DNA of 64,000 nt from Methanothrix sp. (GTDB lineage Archaea; Halobacteriota; Methanosarcinia; Methanotrichales; Methanotrichaceae), in the NCBI GenBank assembly GCA_963682135.1, contig OY821645.1, positions 1,696,001 to 1,760,000 of the forward strand, read 5' to 3'. The notes below the pieces were generated by a model. The model did no database searches. It had not been told where the DNA came from and saw only the letters and a list, made by a program, of their open reading frames with translations. Shown piece by piece: positions 30,970 through 40,600 of the stretch (position 1 is the first letter of the stretch; every line of letters begins with the position of its first letter). A program made the position numbers and the translations under genes.

Positions 30970-31422
30970 TCAGCGAGATATCTCCCCTTCCAGTATCACA
31001 TTCATGACGAAACTGAAGGGCAGAGTCTGACACCATCCTGCTTTCTCAAAGATGGACATGAAGCATACACCCATGAGCTTCTTGTATTTCATTTTGCCCA
31101 GAAATTCCTTCATATCCCCGGGCGTAACGCCGATCTTGGGCATGGCCATGCCACCCAGTATTACAACGACATCCGCCTCGGCACTTGCCGCGCCTGCCAG
31201 CTCCATTCCATATTCTGTGGCCACGATGCTTCGTGCTTTATCCATGTTTAAGCCGGGCATAAAGGCCAGTTCCTTTTCTCGCACCGGGTAGCCGAGAAAT
31301 AGGGCAAAGGGAGTGCAAAACCCTGGTGATCCGATGAAAACGATCTTCCTGTCATCCTTCACCAGATCTCTAAATCCGTTCAGCATTCCGCCTAGGCCCT
31401 TAATGTCCTGTATCTTCTCCAT
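30970..31422 (-). CDS. DUF2124 family methanogen protein
   Basis: GSPGFCTPFA, LGGMAMPK, GVCFMSIFEKAGW. Confidence 0.8.
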   Translation of the reverse strand: MEKIQDIKGLGGMLNGFRDLVKDDRKIVFIGSPGFCTPFALFLGYPVREKELAFMPGLNMDKARSIVATEYGMELAGAASAEADVVVILGGMAMPKIGVTPGDMKEFLGKMKYKKLMGVCFMSIFEKAGWCQTLPFSFVMNVILEGEISR

Positions 31423-31503
31423 AACGATCATTCTCCAATTATCCATCTAAGCATTGCGTTATAAGGATTGTCAAGATGGATTGTATTTGAATTGGGAATG
31501 AAT

Positions 31504-31690
31504 CTCGGAGGAGATGCGCTCGTCAAGCCGGGGGGGCAATGAAACGACCTTGCGCTGGCAAACTGCCGCGACTGGGCAGGAGACGAAGCAGTGGGGAGAG
31601 CGGTTAGCAGAGTAGTAGATCCCTCCCGCCAAGGCAAAAGGAGCGGAGGGCAACAAAATCCGGAAAAAAAAGGAGCGCGTCTATCGCGAG
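31504..31690 (+). ncRNA. Candidate structured ncRNA of unknown class
   Basis: Closing helix AGATGCGCTC (31512-21)/GAGCGCGTCT (31673-82) with a U-G pair favouring the + strand. Internal stems CTGCC/GGCAG and CCCTCC/GGAGGG. GC-rich island in an intergenic gap. Confidence 0.5.
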
Positions 31691-31744
31691 CATGCCGGGC
31701 ATGATTCAAAACGTTTATGAGGATAGAACTGTCTCTTGGCTTTG

Positions 31745-34537
31745 ATGTCTAAGAGATCTGTGGATAAGGGTGAGAGTGGCAATAAAACCACGGCGAAGCC
31801 CAACGAGGCCAAGCCGATGGAGGCCTCGTCCGTCCCCCTGGAAAAGAAGGCCAATGCTGCGGCCAAGGCCGGCATTTGGCAGAATAGCGATTTATATTCA
31901 TATGCAGGATTGATAGTGGCGGCACTCTTCTCATTTTATCTGCGCGCCATTGTTCCCTGGGACCGGGTCTTCTCGGGGAGCAGCGTCATCTTCAGCAGTG
32001 AGACCGATGCCTGGTATCATATGATGCTGGCCAAAGGCACTGTGATCAACCTGCAAAGATTATGGTTTGATCCCATGACCTATTTCCCGCATGGGACGCC
32101 GCTACACTTTGGTCCTTTTCTGAGCTGGGCCATAACCATATTCTCCTACATATTCGGACTGGGGCATCCCAGCAATCATCTCGTGGAGGTGGTGGGCGCA
32201 TTCTTGCCTGCCGTCCTTGGCGCACTACTGGTATTTCCCGTCTACTTCATCGGCAGGGAGCTATACGGCAAGAGCTGCGGCCTGGTCTCGGCCTTGATCA
32301 TAGCCGTGCTTCCCGGTCAGGTATTGAGCCGTACCACATTGGGATTTACAGATCACCACGCAGGTGAGATCCTCTTTAGCACCCTCACTATGATGTTCCT
32401 GCTCCTTGCTCTTCGCTCCGGCAAGAGCATGAGCTTTGCGGCTGTGCAGAGGAACTGGTCCGCTTTTAAAACGCCACTCCTTTATTCTGCTCTGGCCGGC
32501 GTTTCCCTAGGCCTCTACATAGATGCCTGGTCATCCGGATTTCTCTTTGAGGGAATAATCTTGCTCTTTATCATGCTGCAGAGCATCTTTGACCACATCC
32601 GCAGAAAGAACGTGGAATACCTGGGGCTTTCCGGTGCGATAACATTCCTCGTGGCCACGCTGCTGGTGCTTCCATTTGTCGATTCCTATTACGGTTTCAA
32701 CCATTACCTCTACAGTCTCTTCCAGCCAACTATACTTCTCCTGGGAGTGGTAGCCGTTATCTTCTTCTCTATCCTGTCCAAGTTTATCCGAGAAAAGGGA
32801 TTTGAGAGCTACTACTATCCGGGCGCATTGGTGGGATTGGCGGCAGTTGGCACGACCATACTCTACTTTGCTCTTCCTCAGTTCACCAAGCCGCTCCTGG
32901 CTGGTCTAAGCATATTTCAGCAGAAGACGGGCGGCGCAGCAACGGTGGGTGAAGCATCGGCACTGCTCTCCAGCGGGGGACAGTTCTCCTTCTCCAGCGT
33001 TATTACCTCGTTTCCCGGAATAGGCTACAGTCCTGATCCGACTGCGGTCTTCCGCCTGCCCGAGATCCTCGCTATCCTGTTCACCACTTTTACATTAGCT
33101 TTGATCGCGATGATCTTGCTATTATCCCGAAATGTTAAGTCTCCAAAGCCGGCTGAAATAATGATTTTAACCTGGTCTTTGGTGATTCTCATCATGGCTC
33201 TCGCCCAAAACAGATTCACCTATTATTATGCCATAAACGTCGCCATTCTCACCGGCTTTTTGGTGGCCTGGCTACTTCAGAGGTTTGGCATCACTGATCT
33301 GGACCTGAATGTGGTCAAGGGCCCGGTCGAGCTGGTCACCTCAAATCTCAAGACCATACTGGCGGCAATTTTGATATTTTCGTTTATAATCATGCCAAGT
33401 CTCAGCTGGAGCATAGTGTATGCTCAAAGTGCCGGAGGACCGGATTCTGATTGGCTGACCTCCACGGCATGGCTGCAGAATAATACGCCACAACCGGGTA
33501 TGGACCTTTATGAGAAATATGTGCGTCCTGCCGACGGCAAATATGCCTACCCGGATACGGCTTACGGTGTCATGTCCTGGTGGGATTACGGACACCTCAT
33601 TGAATGCGTGGGCCATAGGATTCCCAATGCCAATCCTTTCCAGCAGGGAATTGGCAGTGTTACCCGTAACATCTCCGGTTCCTCGCCCTTCTTCCTGGCC
33701 GAGAATGAGAGCCAGGCGGAAGCAGTGCTGGCTGGCCTGGATCTAAACCGTTCGCAATACATGAACACCAAGTATGTGATGATCGATCAGCCCATGGCGG
33801 TAGGCAAGTTCCATGCCATGGCGGCCTGGAGCTCGATTCCCACTTCCAAGTACATGGCCGGAGTCTACCAGCAGCAAGGCGAGAGTTGGGTGCCGGTGCA
33901 GATCTGGCGCGAGTCTTATTTCAAGTCCATGGCGGCTCGCATGTACTTCTTTGATGGAACCGAGACGGCTGGAGATATGGGCCTGGGACTGGCTTATCGC
34001 GCCAGGGATGCAGGAAATGGTGTTATGGTTCCCGTGCTGACCGAAGCGCCCATGATCACCCGCAATCGCACCGAGCTGGAGGCGTTCATTAACGAGAGCC
34101 GGGATAAGGGGGACAATGCCGAGATCGCAGCCATGAGCCCTGCTAACTCTGCTTTCCCGCTCGAGGCCCTGCAGCATTATCGCCTGGTGCACGAGTCAGA
34201 GAATACAATAACCGCAGGCCAGAAATTCGTCAAGACCTTCGAGCATGTGCCGGGGGCGGTGATCAGCGGAAATGCTCCGCCGGGAACCAAAGTAACCGCC
34301 GCAGTCCCCATCATGACCAATCAGAACCGGGCTTTCCTCTACCAGCAGTCCAACTCCAGCGACGCCAGCGGCCGGTTCATCCTGGTGCTGCCTTATTCCA
34401 CAGAAGGGCCGATTGCCAGCGGCACTAATTTCGATACCAAACCCATGAGTGCCTATCAGTTGTCTGTGGGTGACAAGACCTACGAATTGAAGGTGCCTGA
34501 GGAGTACGTCCTCTCTGGAGATGTAATCACCGTATGA
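31745..34537 (+). CDS. aglB: Oligosaccharyltransferase AglB (STT3 family)
   Basis: Multi-TM N-terminal half with DAWYH and GFTDHHAGE; catalytic SWWDYGH; NANPFQQG. Confidence 0.95.
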   Translation: MSKRSVDKGESGNKTTAKPNEAKPMEASSVPLEKKANAAAKAGIWQNSDLYSYAGLIVAALFSFYLRAIVPWDRVFSGSSVIFSSETDAWYHMMLAKGTVINLQRLWFDPMTYFPHGTPLHFGPFLSWAITIFSYIFGLGHPSNHLVEVVGAFLPAVLGALLVFPVYFIGRELYGKSCGLVSALIIAVLPGQVLSRTTLGFTDHHAGEILFSTLTMMFLLLALRSGKSMSFAAVQRNWSAFKTPLLYSALAGVSLGLYIDAWSSGFLFEGIILLFIMLQSIFDHIRRKNVEYLGLSGAITFLVATLLVLPFVDSYYGFNHYLYSLFQPTILLLGVVAVIFFSILSKFIREKGFESYYYPGALVGLAAVGTTILYFALPQFTKPLLAGLSIFQQKTGGAATVGEASALLSSGGQFSFSSVITSFPGIGYSPDPTAVFRLPEILAILFTTFTLALIAMILLLSRNVKSPKPAEIMILTWSLVILIMALAQNRFTYYYAINVAILTGFLVAWLLQRFGITDLDLNVVKGPVELVTSNLKTILAAILIFSFIIMPSLSWSIVYAQSAGGPDSDWLTSTAWLQNNTPQPGMDLYEKYVRPADGKYAYPDTAYGVMSWWDYGHLIECVGHRIPNANPFQQGIGSVTRNISGSSPFFLAENESQAEAVLAGLDLNRSQYMNTKYVMIDQPMAVGKFHAMAAWSSIPTSKYMAGVYQQQGESWVPVQIWRESYFKSMAARMYFFDGTETAGDMGLGLAYRARDAGNGVMVPVLTEAPMITRNRTELEAFINESRDKGDNAEIAAMSPANSAFPLEALQHYRLVHESENTITAGQKFVKTFEHVPGAVISGNAPPGTKVTAAVPIMTNQNRAFLYQQSNSSDASGRFILVLPYSTEGPIASGTNFDTKPMSAYQLSVGDKTYELKVPEEYVLSGDVITV

Positions 34538-35259
34538 AGCTCCTGGAGGAGATGAGCTGGCCGGAGATCGAGGCGGGCCTGAAGGAGACGCAAACTGTGA
34601 TCCTGCCCGTGGGAGCAACCGAGGAGCACGGGCCGCACCTGCCCACGATAACCGATACCATCCAGGCCATGGAGGTAGCGCGCGCAGTTGCCAAGGAGCG
34701 CCAGATCTTCCTGGCCCCTCCCCTTCATTACGGGGTCTGCCGCAGCACGCGGAGATTTCCCGGTACCATCACCGTGGGGCACGATGCCCTGCGCGCCTAT
34801 GCCAGGGATCTGCTGCTCTCTTTTTTCGATAGCGGCTTTACAAGGGTGCTGATTCTGACCGGCCACGCCGGTGGGCAGCATATGGCCGCTCTGGAGGAAG
34901 CCTGTCAGATGGCGGTGGAAGAGCGCGAATTCTCTGTGAGCCTGGTCTCTTTATTCGATCTGATCGATGAGAAGGCGGTTGAAACCCCGCACGACGGGCA
35001 TGCCGGAGAGATCGAGACTTCTCTTATGATGAATATTCGTCCCGACCTGGTCAAAGGAAGGCCAAAGAAGCATTTTCCCAAGAGGCCTCAGTTCCTGGTC
35101 ATGAAGGATGTTCGTCATCTCATGGGAAACGGCGTCATGGGAAATCCAGAGCCGGCAACGCTCGAGAAAGGAAAACAGTTCTTCGGGATGGCAGTGAGCG
35201 GGGTCATGAGAGCGCTGGATGAGCTGGAGAGCGATGACTGGAAGAAGTTAGCTGTTTAA
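34534..35259 (+). CDS. Creatininase family amidohydrolase
   Basis: LPVGATEEHGPHLP, TGHAGG, HAGEIETS, GVMGNP. Confidence 0.9.
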   Translation: MKLLEEMSWPEIEAGLKETQTVILPVGATEEHGPHLPTITDTIQAMEVARAVAKERQIFLAPPLHYGVCRSTRRFPGTITVGHDALRAYARDLLLSFFDSGFTRVLILTGHAGGQHMAALEEACQMAVEEREFSVSLVSLFDLIDEKAVETPHDGHAGEIETSLMMNIRPDLVKGRPKKHFPKRPQFLVMKDVRHLMGNGVMGNPEPATLEKGKQFFGMAVSGVMRALDELESDDWKKLAV

Positions 35260-35307
35260 ATTTTTCTTTTTTAAGATTGCTAATTTAGGAATCGAACCGC
35301 GTTACAT

Positions 35308-35395
35308 GGCTGGACTGCCTTATTTCAACAGTGTAAACCACGTCGAGGACCATTTCGTTGACATCGACAAAATGGTTCTCATCTGCATTGATCAT
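35308..35395 (+). pseudogene. Short fragment of a second dinD-like allele
   Basis: Translates as FNSVNHVEDHFVDIDKMV, paralleling ETVGYNISDHFRGVTKLI in the downstream DinD; no start codon. Confidence 0.55.
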
Positions 35396-35445
35396 AAGTG
35401 CGCTCGTCCAAAGAGATTTATATCTTCAACACAATTTATTGCCCG

Positions 35446-36321
35446 ATGAATAGAGAGTTAATCCAACAAATGCAGAGCCGTTTTGATTCGCTTGCCAAAA
35501 ACTTGGATGATAATACCGAATTCTGGTTTGCTAGGGACCTTCAAGAACCATTAGGATATGCTAGATGGGAAAATTTTCTGACCGCAATTCAGAGAGCCAT
35601 AGAATCATGCGAAACCGTCGGATACAATATCAGTGATCATTTTCGTGGCGTCACGAAATTGATCACGCACGCCAAAGGCGGGAAGCGCGAAATCGAAGAT
35701 TTCATGCTTACTCGCTATGCTTGCTACCTAATTGCTCAAAATGGTGACCCTAGGAAGGAGCAAATTGCATTTGCTCAAAGCTATTTTGCCGTTCAGACTC
35801 GGAAATTGGAATTAATAGAAGAAAGGATGCGACTTCAAGATCGTTTTGAGGTCAGAGAGCGTCTACGTGAGTCAGAGAAGGCGCTCTCGCGAAACATTTA
35901 CGAGCGAGGAGTAGACGATGCGGGGTTTGGGCGCATTCGTTCAAAGGGCGATGCCGCCTTATTTGGAGGATATACAACCCAGGAAATGAAAACCCGATTC
36001 GGAATTACCCAAACTCATCCACTGGCAGATTTTTTGCCCACGTTGACCATTGCCGCAAAGAATCTTGCTACAGAAATGACCAATCACAAAGTATTGCATG
36101 AAGATTTATGGGGAGAACTGCCAATAACCAACGAGCATGTACTGAATAATAAAAGCGTTCGCCAAATGCTTGAGAAGAGGGGAATCAAGCCGGAGGATCT
36201 TCCACCCGAAGAAGATATCAAGAAGCTAGCGCGCAGAGTTAAATCCGACGAAAAGAAACTTGAAAAGCAATCTGGTAAATTGCCAGAAATGAGCGCATTG
36301 CCTAAGCAGCCAAATCAGTAG
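35446..36321 (+). CDS. dinD: DNA damage-inducible protein D (Bro-N-like N-terminus)
   Basis: EFWFARDLQEPLGYARWENF, LTRYACYLIAQNGDPRKEQIAFAQSYFAVQTR, IRSKGDAALFGG, ADFLPT; low GC. Confidence 0.92.
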   Translation: MNRELIQQMQSRFDSLAKNLDDNTEFWFARDLQEPLGYARWENFLTAIQRAIESCETVGYNISDHFRGVTKLITHAKGGKREIEDFMLTRYACYLIAQNGDPRKEQIAFAQSYFAVQTRKLELIEERMRLQDRFEVRERLRESEKALSRNIYERGVDDAGFGRIRSKGDAALFGGYTTQEMKTRFGITQTHPLADFLPTLTIAAKNLATEMTNHKVLHEDLWGELPITNEHVLNNKSVRQMLEKRGIKPEDLPPEEDIKKLARRVKSDEKKLEKQSGKLPEMSALPKQPNQ

Positions 36322-36701
36322 ATAGAGTGGCTAATAAGGTCTCTCATTCTCTACTCCTCGCAAAAACTCTGTGTTAAAGTCTGAACGAATCGTCCATTGA
36401 AGAATATAACCAATTCACTGATCATATCTGTCACTTTGGTTGCGGATCCAATACTTTAGTTTCAGGATCGACTTTTGATGCAAAGCCCTGTTATTCGACA
36501 GGTTTATAAATCATAAATCTAACCAAAAAAACCGTGCCTGGAAAGACAACGAAATGTTCATTTGTCAATCATAAAATCGGGCTTCTAAAGCCGGAGAGGC
36601 TAACTTCGGGCATCTTCGGGCATTTAGTCTTTTCTTTCTTTTGATGGGGGCGAAAGGGCAAGAGAGCCTTGCTCTGATCCGCCCGATTGTGGGATGGTGT
36701 T

Positions 36702-38258
36702 ATGTTATCTGAAAATGATGTCAGAGTTCTAAAAGCGATATCTGAAGATATTGTTGATCCTCAGAGCATTGCCGATAAGCTGGGAATGAAAAAGGAGGCT
36801 GTACGAGCTTCAGCTGATGCTTTGAGCGAGCTGGGCTATATTCAGGTGACCAAGTCGGTGGTGGAGTCAGTCTCTCTAACGGAAGAGGGCAGAAAATATG
36901 CTCAGGAAGGTCTTCCGGAACGAGTACTGCTTTCCTTCTTGGGCTCAGGCAAAGCGGTGTCTGAGCTAAAGGACCCGTCCCACAAGATCGCTCTGGGATG
37001 GCTGAAGAAGAAGGGATGGGCGGCCATCCAGGCAGGGATGATCAAGCCCATGGGCTGCGCCCCAAAGGGCAAGGATGAGGAGACATTGGAGAATCTGCTG
37101 GCTGGGGAGAAGGGCATTAGAGAATACCGAGAGGAATCAAGCCAAGACTGCTGGCATTCCGAAGCGAAGAACATTGGAGAGCTGGATAAAGAGAGCCTAG
37201 ACGATCTCAGGAAACGGGGCTTAGTTCACCCCCACAAGAGCAAAGAGTGGCACTATAAGATCACAACGGAAGGAAGAGGCTATTTCTGGGAGTCTCATCG
37301 AATGGTTGTAAGTGCTGAAAAAGAGATGCCCATGCCTCCACTTACCTCAGATATGATTAAAACCGGCCAATGGATCGAAAAAGAGCCAGATCTCTTGCAT
37401 TTGAAGTACCATGATTCGACCTATCGCGCTCGTCCCTACGACGTCACCCTCGCCGCCGACAAAATCATCCCCGGCAAGAAGCACCCCTACCAGAGGCTCA
37501 TCGATTTCATGCGAACGATCATGCTGGAGATGGGCTTTGTGGAGATCAAAGGCCAGATTGTGCAGTCCAGCTTCTGGAACTTCGATGCTCTCTTCCAGCC
37601 CCAGGACCATCCTGCTCGGGAGATGCAGGACACCTTCTATCTGGATAGTCAAGCCGATATTCCCGACTACACTCGTGTCAAAGAGATGCATGAATGCGGG
37701 GGTGCCGTTGGCTCCACCGGTTGGGGCGGATGCTGGAAGCCGGAGGTGGCCCGCCAGGAGGTGCTGCGCACGCATACCACGGGTGTCACCATAAAGTATC
37801 TGGCCGAACACCCCGAGCCGCCGATCAAGGCTTTCGGCATAGATCGCGTCTACCGGCGCGAGGCCATTGACGCCACCCACACCCCGGAGTTCGAGCAGCT
37901 GGAAGGCATTGTAATGGACAGGGATGTGACATTCTCTCATCTTCTGGGCATCTTGAAGGAATTTTATGCCAAGATGGGCTTTGAGGAGGTGCGCTTCCGG
38001 CCGGGCTACTTCCCCTACACCGAGCCGTCCGTGGAGCCGGAGGTGTTCATCGAGGGCCTGGGATGGGTGGAGCTGGGCGGAGCGGGAGTCTTCCGAAAAG
38101 AGGTCACAGCGCCCTTCGGCATAGAGCATCCCGTGCTGGCCTGGGGCCTGGGAGTCTCGCGGGTGGCCATGCTCAAGCTGGGGCTCAAAGATCTGCGACT
38201 GCTCTATCAGTCAGATATCGAGTGGCTGCGCGAGACGCCCATTTCCGTCAAGCTTTGA
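36702..38258 (+). CDS. pheS: Phenylalanyl-tRNA synthetase alpha subunit
   Basis: FWNFDALFQPQDHPAREMQDTF, LRTHTT, FPYTEPS, AWGLG. Confidence 0.97.
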   Translation: MLSENDVRVLKAISEDIVDPQSIADKLGMKKEAVRASADALSELGYIQVTKSVVESVSLTEEGRKYAQEGLPERVLLSFLGSGKAVSELKDPSHKIALGWLKKKGWAAIQAGMIKPMGCAPKGKDEETLENLLAGEKGIREYREESSQDCWHSEAKNIGELDKESLDDLRKRGLVHPHKSKEWHYKITTEGRGYFWESHRMVVSAEKEMPMPPLTSDMIKTGQWIEKEPDLLHLKYHDSTYRARPYDVTLAADKIIPGKKHPYQRLIDFMRTIMLEMGFVEIKGQIVQSSFWNFDALFQPQDHPAREMQDTFYLDSQADIPDYTRVKEMHECGGAVGSTGWGGCWKPEVARQEVLRTHTTGVTIKYLAEHPEPPIKAFGIDRVYRREAIDATHTPEFEQLEGIVMDRDVTFSHLLGILKEFYAKMGFEEVRFRPGYFPYTEPSVEPEVFIEGLGWVELGGAGVFRKEVTAPFGIEHPVLAWGLGVSRVAMLKLGLKDLRLLYQSDIEWLRETPISVKL

Positions 38259-38271
38259 AGGGGGATTAATC

Positions 38272-39894
38272 ATGCCGGTTGTCAGACTTTATTACGAGGA
38301 TATGGAGAGGCTGATTGGGGCCTCTCGGGATACAATCATGGGCCGCCTGGCCATGATGGGTGCAGACATTGGAAAGAGGGCGGAAGAGGAGCACGTGGAT
38401 GTGGAGTTCTTCCCGGATCGCCCCGATCTCTACAGCGCTGAGGGTGTAGCCAGGGCCATGCAGGGCTTTTTGGGTCTCAAGACGGGGCTGGTGGAGTATG
38501 CCGCTCTGCAAGGCCCTATTGTCCTGCAGGTAGAGGAATCGGTAAAATCGGTGCGCCCCATCATCGGCTGCGCTGTGGTGCGAGGCCTATCGTTTACCAG
38601 CGAGGCCATTGAGTCGCTCATGGGCCTGCAAGAGGATCTGCACTGGGGCCTGGGCAGAAACAGACGAAAGGTGGCCATAGGCGTGCACGATCTATCCCGA
38701 GTCACCCCTCCTTTCCGCTACTTTGGGGAAGATCCGGCGCGAAAGTTCGTGCCCCTGGACTTCTCTCTAGAGATGAGCATGCAGGAGATCCTGCAAAAGC
38801 ACCCCAAGGGCAAGGGTTACGGCCATATTCTGCAAGGCTGTGAGCGCTATCCGCTCATCGTAGATGCCAAAAATCAGGTGCTCTCCTTCCCGCCCATCAT
38901 CAACGGCGAGCTGACCTCAGTTACCGAGAAGACCGAGGATCTGTTCATTGATGTCACGGGAATGGACGGCATGGTGCACAAAGCCCTGAACATAGTAGTA
39001 ACCTCCCTGGCGGAGAGAGGCGGCAGGATCGAGAGCGTTCTTGTCAAAAGAAGCGAGGGCGATTTCGTCTCCCCCAATTTGCAGCCGTCTGCCTGGACGG
39101 TGAGCGCGGCGGAGGCTAACAAGCTGATTGGCTTTGATCTCAGCCCCCTGCAGCTGGCCGAATGCCTGCGCAGGATGCGCTTTGGGGCAGTCGTGAATGG
39201 CAGCGATGTGGGGGTGTTGGTTCCTGCCTATCGGGCGGATATTATGCATTCCTGGGACATCTTTGAGGACGCGGCCAAAGCCTATGGTTTTGACCGGCTG
39301 GATGCCCGTCTCCCCGGGACGGTGACTGTAGGCCGGGCTCACTCTTCGGAGATTCGCAAAGCCGAGATTCGCGAGGTTATGGCAGGCCTCGGGTATTTGG
39401 AGACCATGCCCTTCACCCTGACCAATGAGAAGGTGCACTTCCAGTGGATGCGCAGATCGCCTGATGGAGCGGGCGTGGTGCATGTGATGCATCCCATCAG
39501 TGAGCTGCACACCATCCTGCGCACCTCGCTTCTCTCCAGTCTTCTGGATATCTTCGCCATGAACCAGCATCATCCTCTGCCTCAGAGGATATTTGCCGTC
39601 GGGGATGTGGTAGTGGATAAGAAGACACGAATGAATTTAGCGGCGGCCAGCATCCACAGCGGCGCCAATTTCTCAGAGATCCGCTCAGCCGTGGACGTCG
39701 TGCTGCGGGAACTGGCCATCAGCGCCGAGATCGTGCCCTCTCTGGACGGGGCGCTTCTGCCCGGTCGTGGCGCGGATCTCATGGCCGGGGGCCGGAAGAT
39801 TGGCTGCTTTGGAGAGCTGCATCCGTTGGTCCTGAAGAGCTTCGGACTGGAGCAGCCGACGGTGGGGCTGGAATTGCAGTGGGGAGAGCTCTGA
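38272..39894 (+). CDS. pheT: Phenylalanyl-tRNA synthetase beta subunit
   Basis: PDRPDLYSAEG, QEDLHWGLGRNRRKVAIGVHD, SFPPIING, YRADIMH. Confidence 0.97.
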   Translation: MPVVRLYYEDMERLIGASRDTIMGRLAMMGADIGKRAEEEHVDVEFFPDRPDLYSAEGVARAMQGFLGLKTGLVEYAALQGPIVLQVEESVKSVRPIIGCAVVRGLSFTSEAIESLMGLQEDLHWGLGRNRRKVAIGVHDLSRVTPPFRYFGEDPARKFVPLDFSLEMSMQEILQKHPKGKGYGHILQGCERYPLIVDAKNQVLSFPPIINGELTSVTEKTEDLFIDVTGMDGMVHKALNIVVTSLAERGGRIESVLVKRSEGDFVSPNLQPSAWTVSAAEANKLIGFDLSPLQLAECLRRMRFGAVVNGSDVGVLVPAYRADIMHSWDIFEDAAKAYGFDRLDARLPGTVTVGRAHSSEIRKAEIREVMAGLGYLETMPFTLTNEKVHFQWMRRSPDGAGVVHVMHPISELHTILRTSLLSSLLDIFAMNQHHPLPQRIFAVGDVVVDKKTRMNLAAASIHSGANFSEIRSAVDVVLRELAISAEIVPSLDGALLPGRGADLMAGGRKIGCFGELHPLVLKSFGLEQPTVGLELQWGEL

Positions 39895-39982
39895 AAGGAG
39901 ATCTCCTACTTATTTTCTATTTTAGAGTCATATTTATCAGCCAATAGTTGCATAAAAACTAGATAATAGGATTGTGGCGGCT

Positions 39983-40363
39983 ATGAAGGTTCGAGATCTG
40001 ATGAGCTATCCCATTGCCACAGTGCGCCCGGAGGCCACGGTGCTGGAGGCTGTGAAGCGAATGGCGGAGGAGAAGAAGGGCTGCGTGCTGGTGGCCAGAG
40101 ACGGTCTTCTCAAGGAGTGCCTGGGGATCGTTACCACCAGCCAGATCTTTCTCAAGGTATTTGCAGAAGGCCTGGACCCGGCCAGGGTGGCTGTTCGGGA
40201 GATTATGACGCCTGGCCCCCTGGTCACCATCGACCTTGATGCCTCCGCAAGTGAGGCTGCGAGGCTGATGCGAGAGCACAATATCAGAAGGCTGCCGGTG
40301 ATGAAGGATGGGGCACTGGTGGGCATCATCACCAGTAAGGATTTGCTGGCATGCGTTGTGTGA
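39983..40363 (+). CDS. CBS domain protein
   Basis: KVRDLMS, NIRRLPVMKDGALVGIITSKD. Confidence 0.9.
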   Translation: MKVRDLMSYPIATVRPEATVLEAVKRMAEEKKGCVLVARDGLLKECLGIVTTSQIFLKVFAEGLDPARVAVREIMTPGPLVTIDLDASASEAARLMREHNIRRLPVMKDGALVGIITSKDLLACVV

Positions 40364-40421
40364 TGCTGCGGGAAAAGGAATGCGTGACTTCTGGCGTACT
40401 TCTGCCGTTTGGCGAACGCAG

Positions 40422-40432
40422 AATTTAAATAG
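40422..40432 (+). promoter_or_regulatory. TATA box of tRNA-Ser
   Basis: TTTAAATA about 27 nt upstream of the tRNA. Confidence 0.6.
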
Positions 40433-40457
40433 CCTAAGGGTCAAGTGCCTGAGGTAA

Positions 40458-40542
40458 GTCGAGGTTGCCTAGCCTGGTAAGGCGCAGGTTTGCTAAACCT
40501 GTTCTCCTCCGGAGATCGTGGGTTCGAATCCCACCCTCGGCG
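40458..40542 (+). tRNA. tRNA-Ser(GCT)
   Basis: GTCGAGG/CCTCGGC acceptor stem; anticodon arm CAGGT-TTGCTAA-ACCTG; long variable arm TCTCC-TCC-GGAGA; G discriminator. Confidence 0.95.
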
Positions 40543-40600
40543 CTTTCTTACTCTTTAGGCGAGGAAAACGACGCCTTGAAAGCTAAAAACAGCACAGAGC

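Noticed and set aside
31504-31690. Canonical RNase P RNA, SRP RNA, lysine or c-di-GMP riboswitch
   Set aside because: Lacks GAGGAAAGUCC with its P4 partner, the SRP helix-8 motif and the internal riboswitch consensus; only short word matches. Retained as an unknown ncRNA candidate.
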